The notes under the pieces were generated by a model. That model searched no databases. It saw only the letters and a program-made list of their open reading frames with translations, and had not been told where the DNA came from. Of a stretch of 44,975 nt of DNA, positions 17,450 to 24,755 are shown in pieces. The stretch's first letter is position 1. Each line of letters begins with the position of its first letter. The stretch comes from a virus. Location: positions 1 to 44,975 of the IMG/VR virus record IMGVR_UViG_3300031539_000078; one strand, given 5' to 3'. Made by a program: the position numbers and the translations under genes.

Positions 17450-17845
17450 ATGTCAATAACAGGAGATGTTCAATTCACGGCCTATAACTATATGCTGGCA
17501 GAAATAGACGGGAAAAAGGCATGGGATGCGCAACCCAAATTTACCCTACCACCTTCGGTAATCAAAGGCAGGATTACTATGGTGATTAAGGCTTCGCCGA
17601 GACAGAGACAAGCTAACGGTACTACTGTACTTGCAACAAGAACTATTACCACTATCCTTGCCGAATTAAGGATTTTAATGGATGCGGTTGCAGATATAAC
17701 TTTAACAGGATATGACGGGGCAACTTATTATGTACTCCTGGATAAGGAGGGGATGGATGTCCAGGCCGTGCCAGACGAGACAGGACGCATACCTGAGTAC
17801 AACATCGTCATATCTTGCTGGGATAGATACCAGGTGGCAGCATAA
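17450..17845 (+). CDS. Hypothetical tail-module protein, tandem paralog B
   Basis: SD AAGGAGG. Shares its motifs with 16999-17406. Confidence 0.6.
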   Translation: MSITGDVQFTAYNYMLAEIDGKKAWDAQPKFTLPPSVIKGRITMVIKASPRQRQANGTTVLATRTITTILAELRILMDAVADITLTGYDGATYYVLLDKEGMDVQAVPDETGRIPEYNIVISCWDRYQVAA

Positions 17846-18027
17846 TGGAATACATATCGGGTAAGCTAAACAAAGCTTGTGATAAATGTGGTAAGCGAAC
17901 TGAACTCTGGGAAGAGGAATTGCAGAATGGGGAACGCATCAGGTTTTGTGTTCAATGTATAAGCAATATGTTGGCCTCTGTCATCAAGACACCCAAAGAA
18001 TCCAAAACGGAGGGTGTCCGTCCATAG
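17845..18027 (+). CDS. Small zinc-ribbon protein
   Basis: CDKCGK....CVQC. 60-aa track ORF. Confidence 0.5.
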   Translation: MEYISGKLNKACDKCGKRTELWEEELQNGERIRFCVQCISNMLASVIKTPKESKTEGVRP

Positions 18028-18172
18028 AGTAAGGCATCATCTCTTCTAGTAAAGGCTAATCCCTAGCTTCAACACTTCAAGATTTAGGCAGGTAAAAAGT
18101 TTTCCTCTAGTAATCCATCACATTAAGTCATTAGAGGGTCTATTTTAAGGCTCTCAGGGCTAGGAGGAATCA

Positions 18173-18622
18173 ATGAAAAGAATAGCTAATATAAAAACTG
18201 ATATATCAGTTTACGATATTGAGGAAACATACAATAGGGTATTCACGGTTAGATGGTGGGAGCGGTTGTTTGGTATTGCCTGTTTCAGATTTGCCGATGC
18301 CCTCTATAAACCAATTGATATAGATAAACTCCAAGAGGTTTTAGAAGAGGATTTGACTGACCAGATGGTATATACCGTGGATGAGAACGGCACTCCCTTG
18401 GAATGGTTCGACTGTGACAACTTTACCTTTGCACTTGGGGGAGCTCTTAACAGAAATTATGAGACGGCAGCGATGCCCATATTCCTGACCTATGTATTAA
18501 CGATCCAACATGCTTTATGGACTTTCTATTACGATGGGGAGATCTTTGCAATAGAACCGCAGACCGATGAAATATATTGGATACCAGCAGGGGAATGGAA
18601 ATTATCCCTTGTGGCAGGTTAA
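18173..18622 (+). CDS. Hypothetical protein; possible Cys-His peptidase-type endolysin
   Basis: SD AGGAGG. FDCDNFTFALGGAL and IQHALW...EPQTDE could form a papain/transglutaminase-like Cys-His-acid triad. It sits just before two small TM proteins. Confidence 0.35.
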   Translation: MKRIANIKTDISVYDIEETYNRVFTVRWWERLFGIACFRFADALYKPIDIDKLQEVLEEDLTDQMVYTVDENGTPLEWFDCDNFTFALGGALNRNYETAAMPIFLTYVLTIQHALWTFYYDGEIFAIEPQTDEIYWIPAGEWKLSLVAG

Positions 18623-18635
18623 AGGAGAATAAAAG

Positions 18636-18830
18636 ATGGGAAAAAGTGATCCAGTTTTAATATTTGCTATATTTGGGTTAACTGCATTGGGTATAGGCAT
18701 ATTGGTCGTGCAGGCAGATAGAACACTGTTGTATTACATAGCAGGTCTAATAGCCTTGATTGCCGGAGTACCAATAGCTATCCCGAAGGTTGCGGGGGTG
18801 ATAAGACACATAAAGGAGAAGAGACAATGA
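18636..18830 (+). CDS. Holin-like protein (2 TM helices)
   Basis: 64 aa with two hydrophobic helices and a basic C-terminus. SD AAGGAGA. Confidence 0.45.
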   Translation: MGKSDPVLIFAIFGLTALGIGILVVQADRTLLYYIAGLIALIAGVPIAIPKVAGVIRHIKEKRQ

Positions 18831-18985
18831 TCGGCTTGGGACTTATGATAACAGGTACGGTAGGCATAATATCCTCAACCATATTAGAGTGGAAAAGGAA
18901 AGAACCGATTTATGCTCTACTTATGAAGATATTTCCCGCGGTCTTTGCAGTTGGTTGTGCCCTTTATTTCGTGGGGAAGATATAA
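18827..18985 (+). CDS. Second small 2-TM protein (holin/antiholin-like), 52 aa
   Basis: Not in the track. ATGA overlap and SD AAGGAGA. Translation MIGLGLMITGTVGIISSTILEWKRKEPIYALLMKIFPAVFAVGCALYFVGKI. Confidence 0.4.
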   Translation: MIGLGLMITGTVGIISSTILEWKRKEPIYALLMKIFPAVFAVGCALYFVGKI

Positions 18986-19004
18986 TCATAGCCACGATAT
19001 TACC

Positions 19005-19033
19005 TTGACAGAAAACGGGTTGTAATTTAGAAT
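19005..19033 (+). promoter_or_regulatory. Near-consensus sigma70 promoter (TTGACA-17-TAGAAT)
   Basis: Read directly. No coding gene follows for ~290 nt. Confidence 0.6.
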
Positions 19034-19040
19034 AGAATAT

Positions 19041-19250
19041 AGCTTGCCAGTGGCGAAATAGACTATTAAGTAGACGCACCTCTTTGCTGAAGAGGTAGAA
19101 ATGGTAGGAAAAGAGATAACTACCTTGAGAGGTCTTGATTCTAGGGTGGCGATAGGAAATCCCTAGCTGGCAAGTAAAAGATAACAATGGCTTCCAGTTG
19201 TAGTATGTCGAAATGATACTAAGCATCTGGGAGCCAATCTTTTTATTTTA
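19041..19250 (+). ncRNA. Candidate ~205-nt structured non-coding RNA of unknown class
   Basis: Closing stem 19042-19050/19167-19175. Hairpins at 19078-19096, 19103-19124, 19141-19166 and 19201-19221. Stem 19188-19196/19228-19236 is followed by ATCTTTTTATTTT. The longest internal ORF is 21 codons. Confidence 0.45.
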
Positions 19251-19290
19251 TAGGGAGATTCTTCGCTTCGCTCGCAATGACAGATAGGAC

Positions 19291-19319
19291 TTGACAAAAA
19301 ATAATGCTTGTTTTATAAT
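19291..19319 (+). promoter_or_regulatory. Perfect consensus sigma70 promoter (TTGACA-17-TATAAT) for the RHH gene
   Basis: Read directly. The ATG lies 9 nt after the -10 with no SD, so the mRNA would be (near-)leaderless. Confidence 0.7.
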
Positions 19320-19328
19320 TGTATCACG

Positions 19329-19484
19329 ATGGCAAAGGAAAAAGTTATCCATGCAAGATTAACGAAGGAACAATATGACAATCTTGTATCACGGGCAAAA
19401 AGCCGAAGGCAGAAGGTATCTGAGTATATTCGCTTTCGTTTATTTGGCAGTAAGTTGCTAGATTTATGGGAAAGGATAAGATGA
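19329..19484 (+). CDS. Ribbon-helix-helix (CopG/MobC-like) DNA-binding protein, 51 aa; candidate excision or immunity regulator
   Basis: Not in the track. MAKEKVIHARLTKEQYDNLVSRAKSRRQKVSEYIRFRL fits the RHH pattern (beta strand, then two helices, SEYIR). Confidence 0.6.
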   Translation: MAKEKVIHARLTKEQYDNLVSRAKSRRQKVSEYIRFRLFGSKLLDLWERIR

Positions 19485-19485
19485 G

Positions 19486-19530
19486 TAGGCCGTCAGGGAT
19501 TCGAACCCTGGACACCCTGATTAAAAGTCA
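19486..19530 (-). other. attP core candidate: 3' half of a tRNA-Lys(UUU) gene (anticodon loop to discriminator), with no 5' half
   Basis: The reverse complement reads TGA-CTTTTAA-TCAGG-GTGTC-CAGGG-TTCGAAT-CCCTG-ACGGCCT-A. Upstream sequence cannot form acceptor or D arms. It lies directly next to the integrase gene. Confidence 0.7.
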
Positions 19531-19531
19531 T

Positions 19532-19540
19532 TGGTATAAT
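19532..19540 (+). promoter_or_regulatory. Extended -10 promoter (TGgTATAAT) for the integrase gene
   Basis: Read directly. It is followed by SD GGGAGGTG and GTG 19561. Confidence 0.45.
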
Positions 19541-19560
19541 TTCTATCTGGGAGGTGTCGG

Positions 19561-20382
19561 GTGAATAGTCAGGAATTATATCAGGAATTTATTAACAAGA
19601 GAAGGAACTCAGGTCTAAGTCCAAGAACAATAGAGGCTTATAATTATTCCATCCTGCCTTTTGTAGGATCCTGTGCTGAATTACCATGCACAGAAACTAA
19701 TGTTGAGAGTTATATCTATGATAACAGTTGGTCACAAGCGAAGCGTGCGTTTGTCTATCGTCATTTAAGAGTTTTCCTTCGATGGTATTCAAGACATTAT
19801 AAACAAGACAATCCTATTTTAGATGTATTAAAGCCTCGCACGAAACTAGAGCCAGTTCGCTACCTTACTAAAGAGGAAATTATCAGGCTTTATCAAAAGG
19901 TCTATCCAAACAAGAAACACAGGGCAATCATATTAACTTTACTTGATACGGGTATCCGAGTGGGTGAATTGCTCAGTATAAAAATCTGCAATTTAGACCA
20001 CGACATATTACAAGTGACTGGTAAAAGTGGACCACGGACGGTTGCCATTTCCCCTAGCGTCAATCAACTCCTTAAGGAAATTGCTCCTACAAATTCTGGA
20101 AAGGTTTTCGGTAACATGGATAGGCATACTGTATATCGGATAGTTTCTGGTTATTTAGAGGACATGGGTTTTGATGGTAAGCGGGGTCCTCATACATTAC
20201 GCCACACATTTGCCGTTCATGCCTTACGAAATGGGATGGACATAATTTCCGTCAGCCAAACAATGGGACATAAAACGATTGCTATGACCCAGCAATATCT
20301 GAGACTAGCACAGGGTGACATTACAGAATCACATCAAAAATACAGTCCGCTTAATTTGTTATTTGCAGAGGTTCAGGAATGA
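19561..20382 (+). CDS. int: Tyrosine integrase / site-specific recombinase (XerC/D-like)
   Basis: LLDTGIRVGEL (Arg), HTLRHTFAVHAL (HxxR) and GHKTIAMTQQYLRL (His..Tyr). N-terminal SAM-like domain LSPRTIEAYNYSI. Confidence 0.9.
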   Translation: MNSQELYQEFINKRRNSGLSPRTIEAYNYSILPFVGSCAELPCTETNVESYIYDNSWSQAKRAFVYRHLRVFLRWYSRHYKQDNPILDVLKPRTKLEPVRYLTKEEIIRLYQKVYPNKKHRAIILTLLDTGIRVGELLSIKICNLDHDILQVTGKSGPRTVAISPSVNQLLKEIAPTNSGKVFGNMDRHTVYRIVSGYLEDMGFDGKRGPHTLRHTFAVHALRNGMDIISVSQTMGHKTIAMTQQYLRLAQGDITESHQKYSPLNLLFAEVQE

Positions 20383-20434
20383 TTAAACACAAAATGGTTA
20401 CGTTTGTAACCAAAACGGGTACAGGGGGTTAAAG

Positions 20435-20581
20435 ATGAGAGAATATAGTTGTCCAGAAGAAGCTGAAGCAGCATACAAAGAAGAGAGAGCAGAAGCTGAT
20501 GCACAGGCTTGGCAAGCGGCTGAATCAGCAAGGGGAGAGGCTGAGGCATTAGCCAAAGGTGAGGAAGCAGAAAATGTATAA
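20435..20581 (+). CDS. Small, highly acidic Ala/Glu-rich protein (48 aa)
   Basis: Not in the track. Translation MREYSCPEEAEAAYKEERAEADAQAWQAAESARGEAEALAKGEEAENV. G-rich SD-like stretch upstream. Confidence 0.35.
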   Translation: MREYSCPEEAEAAYKEERAEADAQAWQAAESARGEAEALAKGEEAENV

Positions 20582-20590
20582 GGAGGGAAG

Positions 20591-20740
20591 ATGGAAAGAA
20601 TGAGATTTTCTTGGTGCTGGCCTAAAGAATGCCGTTCACTCAGCACTTGGATATCCTATAGCTGGTGGATACCAAGTAAAAACTGTTTTGGCTGGCGTTG
20701 CCTTGGTTTGGAATACGATACCGTGAACCATCGAGGCTAA
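20591..20740 (+). CDS. Small Trp/Cys-rich protein (49 aa)
   Basis: Not in the track. SD AGGAGGG. Translation MERMRFSWCWPKECRSLSTWISYSWWIPSKNCFGWRCLGLEYDTVNHRG. Confidence 0.35.
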   Translation: MERMRFSWCWPKECRSLSTWISYSWWIPSKNCFGWRCLGLEYDTVNHRG

Positions 20741-20794
20741 GAAGTAGGATTGAACACAAAATGAGAACGGCTGTAACTAGAATGAGTACACTTG

Positions 20795-20830
20795 CTTGCC
20801 GACCTTGGGCAAGTTGGCAGGACTTTTTTC
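20795..20830 (+). terminator. Intrinsic terminator-like hairpin plus T6
   Basis: Stem tgccgac/gttggca (or cttgcc/ggcaag), followed by ggacTTTTTTc. Confidence 0.4.
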
Positions 20831-20850
20831 ACACCTCCTTTCAGGATATT

Positions 20851-20886
20851 GGGAAGGGGAGCATCGACCTTTTAGCTCCCCTTCCC
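20851..20886. other. Perfect 12-bp inverted repeat with a 12-nt loop
   Basis: gggaaggggagc-atcgacctttta-gctccccttccc. Confidence 0.85.
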
Positions 20887-20906
20887 CTAATAAGAGATAA
20901 GTGACA

Positions 20907-21077
20907 ATGGATTTTGAATATATTTATTGCTGGGGCAATAACCCTAAAAGAGCGACCCTGAAGGGTCGGTTATGTCGCATACTACAACGGCTTAGTATGA
21001 ATAGTTGTATCGTGGAATTTGAGAATGGGCAGAAGGAATGTGTGAGTAGAAACTCCTTAAGAAAGGTGGGAAATTGA
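20907..21077 (+). CDS. Small conserved-looking phage protein (56 aa)
   Basis: Not in the track. Translation MDFEYIYCWGNNPKRATLKGRLCRILQRLSMNSCIVEFENGQKECVSRNSLRKVGN. Confidence 0.4.
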   Translation: MDFEYIYCWGNNPKRATLKGRLCRILQRLSMNSCIVEFENGQKECVSRNSLRKVGN

Positions 21078-21161
21078 AAGGAACAGAAAGAAACATAAAG
21101 GACTTACGGCAACGCAACAGCAAACCTATTCTGGGATATATAACAGGAAGGAGGGCTAAAA

Positions 21162-21347
21162 ATGAACGGGTATCAGAAAGAACAAGTTGCCATACTACGG
21201 ATGAAGGGTTTATCAGAAGAAGAAATTGCTGACGAATTATATTTATGCCGAGAGGCTGAGGAGACAGACGGAGATTGTGGGACATTGAAAGGTAAATTAC
21301 GTTTTTTTAATTCACTAACCCAAAGACATGAAGAAATGCCTTGGTGA
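21162..21347 (+). CDS. Small HTH protein (sigma region-4 / LuxR-like helix-turn-helix)
   Basis: KEQVAILRMKGLSEEEIADELYL. SD GGAGGG. Confidence 0.45.
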   Translation: MNGYQKEQVAILRMKGLSEEEIADELYLCREAEETDGDCGTLKGKLRFFNSLTQRHEEMPW

Positions 21348-21360
21348 AAGGGGGGGGAAG

Positions 21361-21624
21361 ATGTCAGAGATAAGAGATAGAGTCAAAGCAGAGTTGTTTG
21401 AGATAGTGAGCCATTATGCAGAAAGTTTTTGCTTAAAGGTGCAAGGTCTTCAATCCTTTCAAAGCCTAGAGATAGATGATTATATCAAGCGAATCCTCTC
21501 TATTAAAATAGATGATAGATATGAACTAGCAATAGTGGATAGGGAGGAGAAGTTTCCCGATAATCCTTGTATAGCAGATAGATGGATAAAGAAAGCTGGG
21601 TGGGTAAAGGAAGTAAAAGAATAA
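21361..21624 (+). CDS. Hypothetical protein, VDRE...KAGWVKEVKE family member 1
   Basis: ATG 21361 sits behind a G8 SD. The C-terminus reads ELAIVDREEKFPDN....WIKKAGWVKEVKE. Confidence 0.55.
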   Translation: MSEIRDRVKAELFEIVSHYAESFCLKVQGLQSFQSLEIDDYIKRILSIKIDDRYELAIVDREEKFPDNPCIADRWIKKAGWVKEVKE

Positions 21625-21831
21625 ATGAACTACGAGAAATTATGGACAGAATTAAAAAGCCAAATGATTAGCTGGCATGATAGGGGAGTCCAACCAGTAG
21701 ACCCATTAGTTGTTCTTGATGTTATGAGTATGAGGGATGGATCAAGCCCACCGGCAGAGCTTATAGAGCAAAGGATAAAAGAGGAGCGGGAATATATCAG
21801 GGAAAATGTGTCCGAGTCAGTTGAAGTTTAA
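21625..21831 (+). CDS. Hypothetical small protein
   Basis: 68-aa track ORF whose start abuts the upstream stop. Confidence 0.5.
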   Translation: MNYEKLWTELKSQMISWHDRGVQPVDPLVVLDVMSMRDGSSPPAELIEQRIKEEREYIRENVSESVEV

Positions 21832-21841
21832 GGAGGGATAA

Positions 21842-22519
21842 ATGGCAGATAAAATAATAACCATAGAATCGGTAGATGATGACGAGTATGCCGGCAAGAC
21901 GTTCAAAAAAGTCATGAGCACAGAGGGCCTTTACTACAATGTCAAACAGGGTAGAGAAGGCAGCCTAAAAGCGAAGTGGGAGCTGCTTAAGCCAGGTGCG
22001 AGTATCAAGCTTATCTTCGGCATTTTCAAGGGCAAGAAGTTTGTGCAGGATATTGAGTTAGCCACAGAGGAGGAAGCAAGTGAGCAAGGAAGCCCAATTG
22101 AAAGCCCCAACCTAACTTCCAAAGAACTCAATACCCTTATTATGGCTGCTAAGGATGCCTGGATTGCATCTAAACTAACAACTGATGACCCTGAGATTAA
22201 GGCACTACGGCATTTGATGTGTCTTCGGTTTGCCTGTCCTGAACCAGTAGCCAACGCTCAAAACCCTGTAGTGACAGAGGCAATTAAGATGGGAGCCAGG
22301 ATAAACCAACCCCCTGATGGGCCATTGCCCCGAGACCCTCATTCGCTCAAAACCTTGGGTGAATTATTTATGGCTATCTATAAGGACTTTAAGCTAACTA
22401 AAACTCAAGCATTAAAAGCATGGGGCTATGAATCACAGGAGAAGATTAAGGATATACCTGGATGCTATCAATTTATAGCCAGTATGGAGGAAGCTAGGAG
22501 GGAAGGAAATAATGCTTGA
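21842..22519 (+). CDS. Hypothetical early protein
   Basis: 225-aa track ORF with SD AAGGAGGG. Confidence 0.6.
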   Translation: MADKIITIESVDDDEYAGKTFKKVMSTEGLYYNVKQGREGSLKAKWELLKPGASIKLIFGIFKGKKFVQDIELATEEEASEQGSPIESPNLTSKELNTLIMAAKDAWIASKLTTDDPEIKALRHLMCLRFACPEPVANAQNPVVTEAIKMGARINQPPDGPLPRDPHSLKTLGELFMAIYKDFKLTKTQALKAWGYESQEKIKDIPGCYQFIASMEEARREGNNA

Positions 22520-22652
22520 CACTACTGACCTTATGACAATGATGGATATACGTGATGCTTTGATTGATTTCCTAACTTACTTTAAGGAATTTCTAAAGAT
22601 AGAGAAGGAGAGATTGGAGTTAGAGAAAGCCAGGATGGGGAGGAGGGATTAA
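22512..22652 (+). CDS. Small helical protein (46 aa)
   Basis: Not in the track. Overlaps the upstream stop. Confidence 0.3.
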   Translation: MLDTTDLMTMMDIRDALIDFLTYFKEFLKIEKERLELEKARMGRRD

Positions 22653-22660
22653 GAAAAGTT

Positions 22661-22699
22661 CCCCCCCATACCCCCCCTTAAAAGAATATATATATATAT
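22661..22699. repeat. C7-ATA-C7 followed by (AT)7 low-complexity tract
   Basis: cccccccataccccccc at 22661-22677 and atatatatatatat at 22686-22699, directly upstream of the helicase-like gene. Confidence 0.9.
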
Positions 22700-22714
22700 T
22701 AATAAGAGAACTAT

Positions 22715-23695
22715 ATGGATATTAGGGAGACAGTGATTAAGCTAAATCAAGGTGGAATTACTTTAGAGGAAGCTCAAAGAATAGTACGTGCATTAGCAAC
22801 TACCGACCATTGGAATCTCAAGTTCGCCCTGGAGCAAACCGAGATAATTTACAAAGCTAATCCAGCTAGCAGGAGCCTTAGCCAAGAGGTAAACGAATAT
22901 GTACTGTCTACAAGTGGCTACTTTTCGTCTACAGATGTCGAGAAGTGTCTACAACTGTCTACAAGGAATGATAAAAAGAATCTCAGTGCTATTTTATCTC
23001 GCTTGCTACAGACTAACCCACCTGTAATTGAGCGGTATGGCAACAAGACTGGTGTTTTTAGGCGGATTGAGATGGATGCCCCGGCGATTGAATGGCAAGC
23101 GGCTGATATATCGGCTACAGTTTCTTTACTTTGGCCGTTTGAACTTGAGAACTATGCCCTTATATATCCCAAGAATTTAGCGGTTATTGCTGGTGCGCCA
23201 AACGCTGGCAAGACGGCTCTCTTGCTGAATGTTATAAAGCTGAATCAGTTTGATTTTACGATTCATTACTACTCTAGCGAGATGGGGCCTGAAGAAATGA
23301 AACTGCGATTATCCAAGTTTGATGATGTAGAAAGTTGGACATTTGATGCCAGGGAAAGAAGTATGAATTTCGCTGATGTGATTTACCCCGATGATATAAA
23401 CATCATTGATTACATAGAGATTACTAGTGGTGAATTTTACCGTATCGCTGAGGAATTGCGGGCAATATTTGATAAGTTAAATAAGGGTATAGCTATCATT
23501 GCCTTGCAGAAAAAGAAAGGGGCTGAGTTGGGGCGTGGTGCTGAGTTCTCCCTAGAGAAACCAAGACTATACCTGTCTATGGATTCGGGAACTTTGAAAA
23601 TCATCAAGGCTAAGAATTGGGCAGTTGAGGGGGAGAATCCTAATGGTGTGGAATTTAACTTCAAGCTGATTAATGGAGCGAGGTTTATTTATTAA
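22715..23695 (+). CDS. RecA-fold ATPase, DnaB/RepA-like replicative helicase candidate
   Basis: Walker A IAGAPNAGKTALLL, Walker B-like DINIIDYIE, DnaB-C-like IIALQKKKG...GRGAEF. N-terminal wHTH-like region. Confidence 0.6.
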   Translation: MDIRETVIKLNQGGITLEEAQRIVRALATTDHWNLKFALEQTEIIYKANPASRSLSQEVNEYVLSTSGYFSSTDVEKCLQLSTRNDKKNLSAILSRLLQTNPPVIERYGNKTGVFRRIEMDAPAIEWQAADISATVSLLWPFELENYALIYPKNLAVIAGAPNAGKTALLLNVIKLNQFDFTIHYYSSEMGPEEMKLRLSKFDDVESWTFDARERSMNFADVIYPDDINIIDYIEITSGEFYRIAEELRAIFDKLNKGIAIIALQKKKGAELGRGAEFSLEKPRLYLSMDSGTLKIIKAKNWAVEGENPNGVEFNFKLINGARFIY

Positions 23696-23713
23696 AGAAA
23701 TGGTTGAAACAAA

Positions 23714-23914
23714 ATGAAAGCATTGATACCGGAAGGGAGAATATATCTAGGGGGAAAGATAGGGCGAATGGCCAAGAAATTTAATTGGACATACGCAGAC
23801 CTAGCTGGGTATCTATTCCAGGAGGGTACTTATTATTACTTCAAAGACATAGCCACTCGCTACTTACATAACGGCCCCAAAGAAAAGGAGAATAATGAAC
23901 AGAACAAAAATTGA
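23714..23914 (+). CDS. Hypothetical small protein
   Basis: 66-aa track ORF. Confidence 0.45.
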   Translation: MKALIPEGRIYLGGKIGRMAKKFNWTYADLAGYLFQEGTYYYFKDIATRYLHNGPKEKENNEQNKN

Positions 23915-24755
23915 GTGGGTAAAGAATCCTGACGGTAGCCAGGGATACACTTGGAATCCTATCACTGGCTGCTTGAATGGTTGCCCTTATTGCTATGCTA
24001 GGAAGCTGGCTAATGGGCGGTTGAGGGAGAGATATTTGGCGAACAGTAATGTTGCTGATATTTCAAACCGACTAAGAGACCCAAACAGTTCGCTGTGGGA
24101 TAAAGTAATAACTGACCCTTTCTATCCCCGCCTCTGGCCCGAGAGACTAAAAGAGCCAGTGAATAAAATACGCAGGTGGGGTAGGCAAAGCCAAGTCCTT
24201 CATACCCAAGAACCTAAAGGTATCTTTGTCTGTGATATGTCCGACCTATTCGGCATCGGTATCCCTGAAGAATGGACGAAGAGAGTGTTAGATAGATTTC
24301 AATATTGCCCCCAGCATCGCTTCTATCTCCTCACTAAGCAGCCACAGAACCTAATCAAGTTTAGTCCCTTCCCAGAGAATTGCTGGGTGGGGGTGACGGT
24401 TACAAGCTTTGAGTATCTGGGAAGGGCATTATATATCGGGCTAAGTAGGATTGAAGCAAAAATCAAATTTATATCCTTTGAACCATTATTAGGTGAGAGC
24501 CAACTTAAGGCAGTAGACCTTATTGATTGTGGAATTAATTGGCTCATCATCGGTGCTCAAACCAAGCCTTATAAACCACCGCAAATAGAATGGGTAGAGG
24601 AAATAGTTGAGGCTGCTGATAGGGCTGGAATCCCGGTGTTTTTGAAAAATAACCTGTGGCGAGGTTTAGTGCCAAAGCATGGTATTCCACCAGTTTGGGC
24701 AAGAGGCAGAAATGGTCAAGATGCTGATTGTCTAAGACAGGAGTTACCAAAATGA
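23895..24755 (+). CDS. DUF5131 (phage Gp37/Gp68) family protein
   Basis: The N-terminus TKIEWVKNPDGSQGYTWNPITGCLNGCPYCYARKLA is the family hallmark as I remember it. Confidence 0.75.
   Translation: MNRTKIEWVKNPDGSQGYTWNPITGCLNGCPYCYARKLANGRLRERYLANSNVADISNRLRDPNSSLWDKVITDPFYPRLWPERLKEPVNKIRRWGRQSQVLHTQEPKGIFVCDMSDLFGIGIPEEWTKRVLDRFQYCPQHRFYLLTKQPQNLIKFSPFPENCWVGVTVTSFEYLGRALYIGLSRIEAKIKFISFEPLLGESQLKAVDLIDCGINWLIIGAQTKPYKPPQIEWVEEIVEAADRAGIPVFLKNNLWRGLVPKHGIPPVWARGRNGQDADCLRQELPK

Noticed and set aside
18921-19226. 101-aa minus-strand ORF between the lysis genes and the RHH gene
   Set aside because: It has no SD or promoter on that strand and odd composition. It overlaps the promoter-to-terminator structured RNA candidate on the plus strand.
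20398-21285. Track ORFs 20398-20646 (-), 20698-20904 (+) and 20992-21285 (-)
   Set aside because: They are antisense to, or overlap, better-supported small plus-strand ORFs and hairpin/terminator elements. They have Ala/Ser-rich or otherwise implausible sequences and no ribosome-binding sites.
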